From: Octopus vulgaris
Lineage: Eukaryota
Direction: 5' to 3'
DNA length: 64,000 bases
NCBI GenBank assembly: GCA_951406725.2
Contig: OX597835.1
Location: forward strand, 50,716,001 to 50,780,000
In this document: piece after piece, positions 14,383-28,243 of the stretch
Numbering within the stretch: the first letter of the stretch is position 1
How the letters are laid out: each line of letters opens with the position of its first letter
The notes under the pieces: model-generated
Seen by the model: only the letters and a program-made list of their open reading frames with translations
Told to the model about the DNA's origin: nothing
Database searches by the model: none
Made by a program: the position numbers and the translations under genes

Positions 14383-17300
14383 TTTTGTCATATTATTGAA
14401 TTTATTTATATTTTCATAGTAAATGATTGCTCTTCTTGTATATATTTGTGAGTTAAACTTTATATTTTTCTATTTATTATTAAAAAAAGATTTTTGTTAC
14501 ATGTTTTGCAAGTTTTTGTTTGTATGTCTTTTCCTGTTATACTGTAGCTACATGTATCAATAAACATTACATACTTAAATGCACTAAGAATTCTTTTTTT
14601 ATATTCTCTGCTGAAATCACAAGGAGTGAAGAGTTTTACATGCTTGTGGGCCTTATATGCCATCAAATACAAGTAAATGATATCAAAACAATAGGTTTTA
14701 ATTTATCAATATTAATGTATGAATGAGCACTTATTTATGCATAGGTTTGCATGTGCATGAATGTGTTGTGGTAATATGGTTGGGACAGAGTGCATGTGTA
14801 CAGTGGTGGTGTGGTGTTGTGAAGGAGCTGATAGCTGAAAGTAGCAAAGAAAACCTCTATCATACACCATACTATCAAATTAGATCTAGGAAATTTAGTT
14901 TCTCCATCTTATATTAATGAAGAAAGTGAGATGTTAGAGAAAGATAAATGATGCTTGCAATATTGTTACTCACACATTTATATGACGGTCACAAAAAAAA
15001 AAACCGAAAAACAAAAGAAATCCCTGCTTTAGAACTATTTTCAGATTCCTTTGAGGATAACAACTGGAATTCAACAGCACTAGTATATTATAGAATCCAC
15101 TAAAGTAGTTTCTTTCTTCTGCTAGCTGGAATCAATTAATAAATTTTAAGGGTGTGGTTTACATAGTCAACAAATCTGAGATTCCATGATTATCTAGTTC
15201 ATTTGAGTAACAGGCAAAGCTATTCCAAATCCTTAAATCTCCCCCCCTCTCTCTCTCTCCACAAGCAGACAAGAGACTTTACAATGATTATCAAAGAAAA
15301 ACTACAGCAGCAGTTGAAATTCCAAGAAGCAAGCCATATACTTCAAATGAGCCACATAAAATAAATTGCTGTCATAATTACTGATCACAGTAAAAGACAA
15401 ACTTCAGCAAGTTTTAATATTTTGTATTTAATAACCATTAAAAAAAAAATTAATATCTTTTACTTCAGTTTTGATACTGACTTCCTGCTGAGACTGCTTT
15501 AGATTGATTCTGTGACAACACACCACTTACAAAGTGTTCATTTTTAAATGAAAAATCTTCCATTGTAATTTTATGTAAAAACATTTTTACAAAGTTCTGT
15601 TCAAAATACTAACATTGTAACAATTTGTTGTTAGTTTAATTAGTTTACTAAATCCCAAATTACTTTTAAAATCATTCAATTCATAGCAATAATGTATTTC
15701 TTTAAAAATAGTGTCATGAATGAGTTAAACACTTAACTTAAATCAAAATACAAAAATATTTTCAAGTCTACAAATTCAAAATTTAATCATATTTCTAGTG
15801 TAAGACATTGACATTGCACTTTGGAAGTAATCGAGAGTTTGGTGGGATATACAAAAATAACTTTACAATTCCTTATTAACCTTTTGTTTGGAATGTATCT
15901 AAAGATTTTTGCATTAAAATATTGTGGAAAGTCTAATTTAAGCCTTCTGTTACATGAAGAATTTATTAAGAATAACTGTCATTATTAAGCTGTTATTTGG
16001 AACATAAATTAACATCAAATATTGATGGAAGGTTTTTTTTTTTAGATCACTTTATCACAGAACAAGGGGTAGTCTTGGACAGGACAGTATTAAAAAGGTT
16101 AAACACGTAAACTTTAAAACAAGAAATAGGGACCTCAGATAGGTTGGTACTTAAGAGTTATACAAATATTACAGAAAGTTTAGTAGTCATTTCTTAAAAA
16201 TTTTTATTCAAATAAACAAGCTAAATATTTCTTAATGGCAACAAATAGAGACAATAAATCACATTTATTGATTACATCATTAGATAACATTAACACATGA
16301 TTATTACACTAATGCCAAAGCTAAGAAAGTAGATGAATGACAGTTTACATTGAAAGAAGCTAAGTATGACTAATAGCAGTAATATCATGCCAGCCTGCAA
16401 AAGCAGCTAACATCCTTAATAGACAAACATTAAGTGGCAGTGTTATACTTAAAATAGGCCAAGGAATAAGAAGTCTAAGAATAAATATATTAGAAATGGT
16501 AAAGTAAAATTTTACATAAGCAACAGCTTTCTTTTTGTTGTTGTTTTCCTATTGCTCACATCTGCAATATCAAAATAGACTGCAGTGTACTGGATCTGAT
16601 CCCAGTTTTCAAAGTGCTAACTGGTGGAAGGGAGATACCACTTCATATAGAAGGGAAGTCAATCTAACACAGATTTGCCAAAGTAAAGAATTTGAGTGCA
16701 GTGCTGAAAATTAGTACAATGCTGGTCACTAACATTGACTGTACCACACTGTACCTAGAGAGGAACTATGTCTCATGGTAGGGCATATCGACAGCTAGAT
16801 GGACTGAACTGTGCAGTATATCAATTTTAGCGTACCAGAGCTATCTGCACTGTGTTACAATACTTTAGTATTGTAACACAGTTACAAAATTGAGACAAAC
16901 CAGATCATAATTTCACAAATATTTGGCTGCAGTAAAATATATTGGAGACCTGATAACAACTAGACATGTGACTGATGAGCCATGATTCAATATTAAACTG
17001 CCAAAAAATTTAATGTACCACAAAACATTTTTTAAAGCAGCTTGTCACTAATGTGAAACATTTAGTAAGTTCTGTAGTACTTGAACCATCTACCCTTCTG
17101 TTGGTAAGTTGCCCCTCATCCCACTTAATGATCCTACCAGCTGTATGTTTCCAGAAACAAAAGAAAATACATAAAAAAAGATGGTGGGTGGGAATGTAAA
17201 ATAAATGAAGGAATCAATGACAACCTAAAAAAAAAACAGAAAGAGATTAATTTGAATTTCAGTTTCGACTTGGGTTGTGGTTGTTCTGTTTAAACAAGAT

Positions 17301-17877
17301 AGCTGCCACAATAAACACAAAGTTCAATAGTTTAAAAGGTCAATTATCAGTAAAATCCTAACAAAGTCATTTATAATTAACTCACCAACTAAAAACTTAT
17401 GGTTAACTTCGTTAATTACGTAAATTGAAGAGAACAATACAGATATTTGTTTGTAGAATTTTAATCCTTGAAGAATAGAAATATTTTCAAATATGAAGAA
17501 TTATTAACAATAGTTTATGGAAGTCTCTATACCAGTGCTAGCCAACATTATTTGTCATGGAACCCTGATATCATTATCATCCCTGTTTAATGTCCATTTT
17601 CCATGCTAGCATGGGTTGGATGGTTCGACAGGAGTTGGCCAGCCAGAGAGCTGTCCAGACTCCAGTTGTCTGTTTTGACATGTCACTGGCATGGGATTTA
17701 CATGACTTTTTAAAAGATTGTGGAACCCATGCCTATACATTATATACAGCCCCTACTCCTCATCCACAAACTTAAATAAAACATTAAACGAGTCAAAAAC
17801 TGCTTTAGTGAGAGAATTAAAAATAATAAGCTTTTATAATATGAATAATAGCTTATAAGAATAAATTGTTAAAATTC

Positions 17878-18280
17878 TAATTTTGGCACAAGGCCAGCAA
17901 TTTTCAGGAGAGTGGGAAGTACCAGGGCTCAACTGGTACTTTATTTCACAACCCTGAAAAAATGAAAGTTAAAGTTCCCTTTGGCAAAATTTGAACTCAG
18001 AATCTAAAAACCCAAAAGAAATGCCACTTGGCATTTTGTCTGATATGCTAATGATTCAGCCAGTTCACAGCCATAATAATAATAATAATAATAGTTTCAA
18101 ATTTTAGAATAAAGCCAGCAGCTTTGAGAGAAGTGGGATTAGTAGATGCCATTGATTCTAGCACTTGACTGGTGCTTTATTTTACTGAGCCTGGAGAGAT
18201 GAAAAGCAAAGTTGACTCCAGTAGAATTTAAATTCAGATGGTAACAAGTCAGAAGAAATATCGCTAGGCATTTTGTCTGC
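17878..18280 (-). mobile_element. Two tandem degenerate SINE copies of the same head family
   Basis: Each has an aatttgaactcaga-like B-box complement and a tggtactt(t)att-like core; they are separated by (AAT)n. Confidence 0.7.
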
Positions 18281-18284
18281 TGAA

Positions 18285-18860
18285 AAATAATAACGAAGGT
18301 CACTCCCATTGATTTTGATGTACGAGTGTATGAAGGAAAGGATTAAAAAATAGAAACAAAAAAAGGTTAAAAATACAAGAAGCTGCATCCATTTGCAATG
18401 GATACATGAATGTAATTTGAATCCAGGTATGGATTTTGCAGTGAACTCACAATGGGGACAATGATAACTTCCATTTTGCCAGGGATTGGACAAATGTATC
18501 TGTTGGCTGCAGGATGTAATTCTTTGATTGTTCTGTTTCTTCAACTCAAATTGTTTCAAATGAATCATGAAATATTACGCCATTCAGATAAATCTAAGCA
18601 ATAACTTTGCCAAGATGTTAAATTAAGCTGTGGAGATTTTACTGATTATTTCAACATATCCTTATACAAAGGGAAGAGCCTTTCTTTGCTGCAGACTCCT
18701 ACTTGTTGGTCATACAAAAGAATTTTCAGAATGCGATCATTTTGCATTTGAACAACATGTCCTGCCCAACTGCACAGAATTCTCAGCTGCATGCTTTTGA
18801 TATCAGAGCTATCACATTTTTCTAAACTTTTGACATTTGATATCTAATCTTGCCATTTGT
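18285..18860 (-). mobile_element. Old RTE/BovB-like LINE 3' fragment with C-terminal C2H2 finger
   Basis: Minus translation gives WAGHVVQMQNDRILKILLY...YKDML, then YHCPHCEFTAKSIPGFKLHSCIH. Confidence 0.75.
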
Positions 18861-18916
18861 TAGTTTCTATCTATCTTCCTATTATTATGAACTTGTATTT
18901 TCTGCCTCTATTCTTT

Positions 18917-19135
18917 TGACTCTTAGCATTTAAACTGACCATATCCAGCCAAAATATTCTATCTGCTTTATGTCCAAATTGACCAGATCTTACCCTTATA
19001 CCTATTCTACAATGCTATTCTAAATCATATTCACATCATGAAAATCTTGAAGCCACAAAATTATGCATGATTAATTTAAAACAATGTGAATAAATAAGCA
19101 TTGCATTTGACGATAATTTGAATGCTAAAGGGTTA
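18917..19135. mobile_element. Degenerate piggyBac-like MITE
   Basis: Imperfect terminal inverted repeats ctcttagcatttaaac / atttgaatgctaaaggg with TTAA-like flanks (ttga/ttag). Confidence 0.5.
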
Positions 19136-19480
19136 GATTCACCTTCCACTACTAGCATATCACTACTTCCTATTAAAGTAATATCTCATTCTAGAATAGA
19201 TCACAACTATAATGTTGGCTCCCGGTAGTCAGCAGGGAAATGAATTGTCTGCACACTTATTCTTGAAACAGCTCTAAGACACTATCTATACATTTCTTTT
19301 TCCTGCCTTGTTATCTCATCTTGAATTCTACCTATGATGGCCAGCTTTACCCATTAATTTGAATTTGTATAACTATTTTAGGAGTATTCTCCTAAAATCC
19401 TCATCATTTAAACGGACGCTAAATGATGATGATTTTAGGAGAATACTGGCATTTACCATAATCATTCCTCAATTGATCTT

Positions 19481-19549
19481 TTATTGTGCCGACAGCACAT
19501 GTGAAAGGTTTTCAGGTGTCTTTATGTCTGTTGTAGGGAATCCATGCTT
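19481..19549 (-). other. Candidate exon of a minus-strand transcript (KHGFPTTDIKTPENLSHVLSAQ* in phase 0)
   Basis: Strong acceptor TTTTTCTTTTTCTTCTCTAACAG| and a possible donor ATG|GTAAAT near 19456; no homology recognised. Confidence 0.3.
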
Positions 19550-21507
19550 CTGTTAGAGAAGAAAAAGAAAAACAACTCAAAAGTGAAACCTCATATATCT
19601 CCAAAAACTAAAGTACAACTTCAAATGACAAATTCCTCTCCTTCCTGTACCATACACACTTATCCAAAATTGACAAAGTGGATTGATAGAAACTTGTTGG
19701 ATGGCTTGTACCTATAATTAAAAAAGTCAGCCTTGTCTAAGACTGTCACACTGATTCTGCTTGATAATTTCATTAAGAGAAACATGTGGGCCAGTGGAAT
19801 ACTCAGCCACATCCATACTAAGTCAATGATCAGGTAGTTCAGTTGATCAAAACAAGATCGTCAAAATTAGCAGAAATGCATCTACTTATACAACACACTT
19901 TAAGTCACAAGCCAATGGGGGAACTTTTATATAGTCACTCCATCTGCTAGAAATAGCAACCAAATCTACCTAAAATATCATCTCAAGAAAGTCAAAGACA
20001 TATTAGATAATGTAGTCCTAGTTAACCTAAAAAAAAGATGGAATGATGTTGGCTGGTGTTCATTACAGATTTACTTGATTAGAGTTGACCTAACAACATT
20101 TGTATTTTTAGCAGGACTTGAACTCACCACATGGTGGATTATCAAGCCACAGCTTGATCAGATGTGCAACCAAGTTATTGTCCAGTCAGTGGTTGATGTT
20201 CACATGACAGCTTCTTTAAAGTGTTATAGAAGGTCCACTGAACATAGTCAATAAATAGAGACCTTTTCAGTGCCAACTCCAGTATGTCCTTGGTCACAGT
20301 ATGAAATACACACTCTTAGTCATCCTAACATACTTAACCAATATGCAATTGTGGAAGATAATGAAGCAGTGCATGTATATTCATTCCTTGTGTTTAATCC
20401 AGTCCCAGTGGTAAATTTTGATATCCAGTTATTTTGCATATTGCATTAGATTTCTTTCATCATGCTGATGCTACATGTATATATTTTTAATGCATGACCA
20501 ACATCGTATGACCTGAGCAGCAACAATAAACCAGGTTTAACTGTTTGCCTTCTGCAAATTAACCAATAACTCATTCCAACAACACTGCTACAATAAATCC
20601 AAGCAACAGATTCATTTATAATATTTTCATTGTAAATCACTGCACTTCTCATTGGTTTCCCCTCATATTTTCCCCCCTCTACTGGCAGCTTGAAAAACCT
20701 TTTCTTTTATAGTTAAACTTCCTTTCATTTTCTCTTGTAAATGACATTATTATTATCAAGATTTTTCCTGCTGCTTTGTTGTATGTTTTATAAGTTTTTG
20801 TTTGCTTTGTCAGCCTTAACTCTAATCCTTCTTAAATTAATTCTTAGCCATTCTGAACTTCAAATAACAAAAACAATGTTTGTTTGTTTGTTTTTTTTTC
20901 TTATGTAATCATATGAAGTTGCTTGGTGAGCCCTAAGTTAACATTTAGAGAAAAAAAATTAGATTAACTCCTGACATTTTATGAAATCTCATTTCAACAA
21001 TAAACAAATAAAATATAAATTTAAATTTCAGACCTAGGTAAGTGGTTGAGTATTCCATTCCACATTCATGTAAGTTCAATCTTATTGCAAGTATATTGTC
21101 CAAATGTCTACTACCTAACCCTCAGGTCAACTTAAGGTGAAACATGAGGGACATGGAAGCCTGTCTTATGCAGAGAGACAGACAAACAAATAAATAAATA
21201 GACAGATCTATGCATGCATGCATACACACACACACATATACATACATATATGTATGCATAAATACATGCAGGCCAGGAAAGGATGGCAAAATTGGTAGAG
21301 CATCAAGCACAAAATATTTCTGATATTCATATTTACTTAGATCCCTTTATGTTCAGGTTGACTTACTCTCAGAAAGGATCAACAAAATTAGATTGAGAAA
21401 AAATGTTAAGGTCGAAATAATGAATTGAAACTCTTAAAAGTGTGACCCCAGCATGGCCACTGTCTAACAACAGAAATCAGTCAGAAAGAATGTGGTTATT
21501 TTCAGAC

Positions 21508-21590
21508 TCAATTACACAGGACTTGAATTTTTTTGTTTGATACACCAATTTGGTGTATCAAACAAAAAAATTCAAGTCCTGTGTAATTGA
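21508..21590. repeat. Perfect inverted repeat, 41-bp arms, 1-nt spacer
   Basis: TCAATTACACAGGACTTGAATTTTTTTGTTTGATACACCAA-T-TTGGTGTATCAAACAAAAAAATTCAAGTCCTGTGTAATTGA. Confidence 0.95.
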
Positions 21591-23384
21591 TGATGATGAT
21601 ACTTGTTAAATGATGATGATGATACTTGTCATATACGTTGGTTTTGTTTCTCACTTTAAAGGTAAATGATTCTGATGGAAGCAAACACGATATTGAATAC
21701 TTCTCCATCGTACATCTATGACCCCCATTTCTTTTTTTTAAAGTAAAGATAAATACTTTTTAATTGTGATAATGAAACAAGGGGTTTAGTCCTTGCTGCC
21801 AAAATTAATTTCTCTTGCAAAAGAGAGGGTGGCATTTTTTTCTGTTTCTCAATATTTGATTAGAAGAGAGAATATGTTGCTACCAAAAACGTTAAAACTT
21901 TACTAACTTCGTCAATCTGTCTCTGAACCAGGATTTTAATTTCATTTGATAGACACTTTGCTATCATTTACAGGAGAATTACAAACATGGCATATGAAGA
22001 TAACTTATTTTAAAAGAATTTGTACGAGTACATTTCCAGAAATGTTTTCCTTGCACACTAATCCCCACCTCCACACACCTGCCCGTATATGCATGTGGAT
22101 ACACATGGACGAAGTCCCATTTTGGAAGTATGTTTAAGTTTTTATTATTTTGGAATGAAGAACACAAACATAAGTGCTGAACCAGTGACTAAACTTGGGG
22201 ATTAATCCAATGAATTGACAGCAAGGTATGTAAGAAGTACTTTTCTGAAACAAAATTTTTGTGTATGGTCCTGTCATGCGTGCATTCACACCAACACTTT
22301 CACACAAAGGTTGGTTGCTGAAAAACATAATTGTGACTGGATAAAAAATTTGGGAAATATTTACAATAACACTATATTCACTAAATACTAATCCTAACTG
22401 TAACCCTATACCATAAATTCACTTACAGCAGGGCCAGTGCTAAGCTCCTGCAACCCCTGCAGTCACAGGGGTCCTCCATGAAGAACTAGAATTACTATAA
22501 TGTAAAACTTAAAATTTGATGTTACACACAACATATGTAATTTTCAGAAGAAAAAAAACAGTAAGGTTTCTAAATAACGAAAGGTCTTCATATGGACACA
22601 TGCCCAGTGAAAACTTATTACATTGATTAAGTCATTCATTCATTCAGTCCTTTAAGCAATATACACTGTAGGATATCTTTCAATTTATACGATAAACTTT
22701 GTAAATTTTAAAGTTCAATATTCCAGTAACATAAGTTAGAGATATGGACAGGAGTTATTCAAATAATTATTCACAGAATGGACTAAATAAAATTAGCTAG
22801 AGTACGCTTAAATATTTCATATTTAAATCCAAAGTGACTATTTCTACTTGGATAGGGATTATAAAATGTTATATCTTGATAAATTTCCAACACATATTTT
22901 GGATATTTTTGAGACAGTTCACCTTTTTAACACTTGATATTTCACATTTAAAGATGATGTATTTATTCTTGGATATAGCTCAAGAACTACACCCCACCTC
23001 AAGAACTACAGCCCCCTTCTATACCCTTCTCAGCTATACCACTGGGTAAAGAGGAAGGGAGGGTTGAGAAACCTCTCCCCTACCATTCCAATCTCCCCCT
23101 CTCTCGAGCATCTCCCTTAACCCTCTTATTACTCAACCTCCATAAAGGTCACACATGTACATATTAGACATTGGAAAGGGTTAGATGCAATGTCATGCAC
23201 CCTACACGAGCCAAGCTAACTTAATTTCTCTTGCAAAAGAGAGGGTGGCATTTTCTCTCTTTTTCAACATTTAATTAGAAGAGGGAATATGTTGTTACCA
23301 AAAATGTTATTGAACCAGGGTTTTCATTTCATTTGATATACACTTTGCTATCATTTATATGGAGAATTGCAACAATAACACAAG

Positions 23385-24197
23385 CTACCCTGTGGTGAGA
23401 TGGTACCAACTGTCAATGATCTTAAAATGTGTGTTTCCAAAAACTGTACAAAACTTTAGCAACAGTTAATGACTACGTGAGCGAGCCATCTTAGCCCCAC
23501 ATAATGATGCTGTCAACAAAATCAATTGGGATCTCTTGCAGCTGTTACCAGGATAAGAACAATCTTTCAAATTCATCGATACTGTAGTTTTTCCAGCTGA
23601 CTTCCTGAACTCTCTACAGCCAACTGGGATGCACCACACAACACTTAAAAAGGGGGGCCCCTATCATGCTGCTCAGGAACTTGGATCCACCTCGCCTGTG
23701 CAATGGCACCAGTCTGGTGGTGAAAGCAATGCAACCCCATGTCCTAGAAACAGCAATTATCACCGGAAAATCTAAGGGTGAGGATGTCTTCATTCCACGG
23801 ATCCCGTTAATCCCATCTGACCTCCCCTGGATTTAAACAACTCCAGTTTCCAATGAAACTAAGTTTTGCTGTCAATAAACAAATCTCAAGGACATTCTCT
23901 CAAGGTTCTTGGATTTATAATTGCCCATAAGAGAAGCAATGTTATGTAGGATATTCCAAGTTGGAAATCCTAGTTTTGGGACTTTTTATTTATACCCCAA
24001 TTAAAGGACACACTGAAAACATTGTATATTTAGAAGCCCTACAAAATTAAACTGTGACTGATTTCAAGATTTGTTTTAATAACTTTGTTTATACTCATGT
24101 TATCTGATAGAGTTTTCCTGAAAATATTTTTTTTGTTTTCAGAATAAATATATTTATTTTCTTCAACATTCTTCCAAGCAACACTGAATACTTAGCT

Positions 24198-24199
<2 letters not shown>
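23385..24199 (+). mobile_element. Degenerate autonomous Helitron 3' part (helicase remnant plus CTAG terminus)
   Basis: LRERAILAPHNDAVNKIN...PIMLLRNLDPPRLCNGTSLVVK...GEDVFIPRIPLIPSDLP...QFPMKLSFA..INKSQG...TENIVYLEAL with stops and frameshifts; it ends ccaagcaacactga...CTAG|T at 24196-24199. Confidence 0.88.
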
Positions 24200-24267
<68 letters not shown>

Positions 24268-24429
24268 TACATATATATATAAAGTTAGTTGAAATATGTT
24301 TTTTACGTATTTCAACTGCTAAAAGGCAAATACACTGCAGTTACCATGTAGAAAAATCTCTCTTATGGTAAAAAGATGTGAAAACACCCAGTTCGTTCAG
24401 TGTCACCATCATATATATATATATATATA

Positions 24430-24609
24430 ATAATGATATTAGGGAATAAATCCAAACATACAGGGAAAAATTAAATTAGAGATAAAACCACTATTAGGCA
24501 AATCAAACAGTGAAAAACATAAGCCAATACATAAAATTAATTTTAAAATATAAAAGTAAAAATAAAAAATTATTTAAATAATTAAACTTATAAATTTTAT
24601 ATATATATA

Positions 24610-24658
<49 letters not shown>

Positions 24659-25293
24659 ATTTTTATATTTATATATTATTTTATTAATTAATTAATTAAT
24701 TAATTTTTTTTATTAAATATCAAAAGTATTAAAAGTTTAATAAAAGATAAAGAGTAAAACACTACGATCGTTTCATGGCTGTACCAATTCGAATAACAAT
24801 AATTTAAATTCAATTAATAATTTGAGTTATGGTTACAGTTAATCTTCAGGTTAATTGAAATATTTTATAAATAAACAGAAATATTTAAACAATATTTTTA
24901 AGATATAAATAATATAATAATTTTACTTATAATAAACTATCATCAAACTAGAAACTTAAAACTTAACAATTATGATTATATCAAAATCGATTATAATGTT
25001 AAATATTAATTTTAATTTATAAGGTAAGAAATCCACCAATAATCTAATATCGGTAATAGTCTATATCTAATTACATAAATATTTTTTTTAAAAAAATTAC
25101 TATTATATATAAATTATCATTGAAAATATATAAATGTATATAAATATTATAATTAAGATCTAAAATAATCTCTATAAATAAATATATATGCACATATAAT
25201 AAAGACCTAATAAATTAATTTTTCATATTTAAAGATGAAATAGCTAATTTCACTGTTTGATTTGCCTAATAGTGGTTTTATCTCTAATTTAAT
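24430..25293. mobile_element. AT-rich Penelope-like remnant with inverted ends in (TA)n
   Basis: A 46-bp inverted repeat (24470-24515 / 25248-25293) encloses a hammerhead-like motif; both sides are TA microsatellite. Confidence 0.55.
24757..24855 (-). ncRNA. Hammerhead ribozyme-like motif with long stem II
   Basis: The minus strand reads CTGAAGA-[TTAACTGTAACCA...TGGTACAGCCAT]-GAA-ACGATCGT-A, giving a canonical core, palindromic stem III and a GUA cleavage triplet. Stem I and the base of stem II are weak. Confidence 0.5.
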
Positions 25294-27966
25294 ATAATAT
25301 ATATATATATATATATATATAAAATGATGAATGAGAGAGGGGTTACAGAGAAACAGGGATGTTAGGAACTGGACTACTGACAAGCAAATAAAGAATTCAA
25401 ATCTTAGTTTTGTTTTTTTTTGTATGTGCTCCTGATCAAGACATTACTATATAAGTGTCTCATTCCAGTTTGTCTGAATTACAAAAACAGGTTCCACTCC
25501 TACCGCACTTTGGATTGCTAGTAAGGTAAAAAAAAAATAATAATAAATAAATAAAAGACAAATACAAAATTCAGCCACAAAAGTAAGTGCTCCCAACAAC
25601 AACAAATAAAAAAAGACAAAGCAAAAAAAAAGATCCATTTGATACAACCACGGAAAAACACACAGACACACACACAATGAGGTTTCAGTGGGAATAAAAT
25701 CACTTTAGCTCTACAGAAAATGCCAAGTAAAATAATAAATAAAATACTAACAGTGATAATGAGCAAGCGTAGTTAGTTATTTGGGCAACACGTTCCTTAC
25801 TTGTTTTAGTTGAGAATTAAGTTTCAACAGAGTTCAGTCAGCAATATTAGACTTGCTAACAAGATTACATGCATAATAAACAATAGATATACAAAGCGAG
25901 AAAGAAGGAAATCAATGCATTAAATAGAAAATTACTTGCTATTTAGACAGGAGATAAAGAGGCAAGCTTTTAATTAGTGGAAGCAAATAAAATACAGCTT
26001 TCCTTCAAGATATATCCATCCACACACCTAAACCTCACAATTACTTGTGTTAAAGAAAATGCAAAAGATACTTAAAAATAAAACCACAAGTACATACTTA
26101 GTGTGGCTTAATTGTATGGAGTAGATATACACTAAGAAATGAATTCTCTACAGTCCATATCAATTCATAATAAAGAATTAATTCCCTATAGTCCATAGAT
26201 ATTACTTAATGCATACTCCCTCGTGTCAACACAGATATAAATATTGACACACACACACATTTGTCCTCTCTGATATAACATCTCCATGTGTTTCATCTGT
26301 TGTCTTCTTTGTATCCAAAATAATTGCATAATTATGAGGGCCACGGCAAAGCTATTGTTGTTTAGGTCTCAAGTCAGCTCTGACTCCACGATCTCCTTAA
26401 GAAAAAGTATTTCAGTAATGACCATCACATCTTACTTTCAGGCATAATGCATTTAGGACCAAATTATCCAATGTCCTTTTGTAAGAAGTTAGGGTGTGAT
26501 TTGAGGAAAGTCGGGCAGCTATCCTTAGTGGGTTGATTGACCAAGCAGAGGCCTTCCTATGAGGACTGACTTCATCATGGTTGGAGCATGTCCTGACAAG
26601 ACTACATAAATATGACAACTATGTATTGATAAGCATTGGATAATTGACACAGAACTTTAGATTTTGGAGGAGAATATTTTTTTATATCAACTGCATAGCA
26701 GAACTATGAGAGTTATATATTTTAGCAACAAAGAACATTGTAGCTAGGGACAGGACATGTCAAACTCTTCAGCTATTAGTTCAGCTCCATATTGAACTGG
26801 CTAGCTACAACTACATAAAGCTAAGCCTAACAATAGTCCATAGATTACAATTATGCAATCAGTAACAGAAACATCCCACTCAGATTTGTTTGATTTAAAT
26901 GAACCACCGCGTAGCACTTTGGGCAGGTGTCTTCCACTATAGCCCCGAGTCGACCGAAGCTTTGTGATTGAACTCGGTAGGTGGAAGTTACTGCCGTGTG
27001 TGTTTATGTGCTCAGTGCCTCTCCGAAAGAGAGAGAGGGAACTAATGTCACAAAGAAAGTACTCAGTACACAGTGTAAAGTGTCTAGCATTAGGAAGGGT
27101 ATCCAGCCTCAGCAACCATGCCAGAGCAGACACTGAAATCTGACCCACAGTTCTGTGGGTCAGTGAATCCTGTCAAATGTAAACACCTCCAACATGAGAC
27201 ATAATAAACAACAGGCTCCGTGATTGAGGAGTTTGCTTTGCAACCACTCAGTTTCAGGTTCAGTCTCATTGCATGGCATCTGGAGTGAGTGTCTTCTATT
27301 ATTGCTTCAGGGCAACCAATGCATTGAATAGATTTGGTAGAAAGAAACTGAGAAAAGCATGTCATACATGTATAAACACATGTATGTGTAGGTATAAGAG
27401 AGTGTGAGTGTGTGTGTGTCTCTTTATCTTGGCACTGAGTGATAGGTGCAAACAATTGTCATACAAGCAGTTTCATTTGTTTCCAATCTTCCATGAAAGC
27501 ATATTTGGTCACGGGGAAATATTACTTTACTTAGAAAATCAAGGGCTGACAACAGGATGGGCATCTAACGGAAGAAAGTCCACTTCAATGAATTCTATCT
27601 GGCCCATGCAAGAATAGAAAAGTAGACAATAAAATGATGATGATGATGATGATTAGAATAATTTGAGACAGAAAAAAGTAACAGATTCATTATTATCTCT
27701 CAAACAACATATCTATCACTGTGGTGTAATTAGTAATGTAGTCATTGGCAAAATGAGAGATACTTGGTTCTAGATCCATGATGCTCTTTTCAGAACAGCC
27801 TTGACTGACTTGATCTATAACCAAAAATGTTCAATGACTACATTATCTAATATGTACTTTAAAAAAAGAAAATGGACAGCAAAGTGTAATTTGAAGCAAA
27901 TTTAATTCTAGTAGTTTATTCCATATAACAAGTGCTAATTCTTACTTTTAAACACACTAACTGAGT

Positions 27967-28243
27967 GGTTGCCAAACTTTTCGGGCTGCCATCCTCTTGG
28001 GACCCAGGTCACATTCCTAGCCTCCCCCTCACTCACCACTACGAAGAGAGACCACTTTCTGCAGCAAATTCAAAAAACCTGTATTTCACAAATGAAACTT
28101 AACCCAATTAGCCCCTTATTTTGTTACTTTTACATCTATTGCTCCCTTTTGGCCATCCCATTATCAGCTCACTTTTCTTCAACGCCCCTTGGATCTTTCC
28201 ACTGCCCTCAAGGGGGCAGTACCACCCACTTAGGGAACCAATG
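27967..28243. mobile_element. Possible hAT-type MITE
   Basis: The ends agtggttgccaaac... / ...cttagggaaccaatg resemble CAGTGGTTCCCAA-type hAT TIRs; degenerate. Confidence 0.4.

Noticed and set aside
18182-18568. Host C2H2 zinc-finger gene
   Set aside because: The single finger follows RTE thumb motifs (WAGHV) with stops, so it is a LINE C-terminus.
23385-24050. Host PIF1 helicase gene
   Set aside because: It is intronless, has multiple stops and frameshifts, and is followed by a Helitron CTAG terminus.
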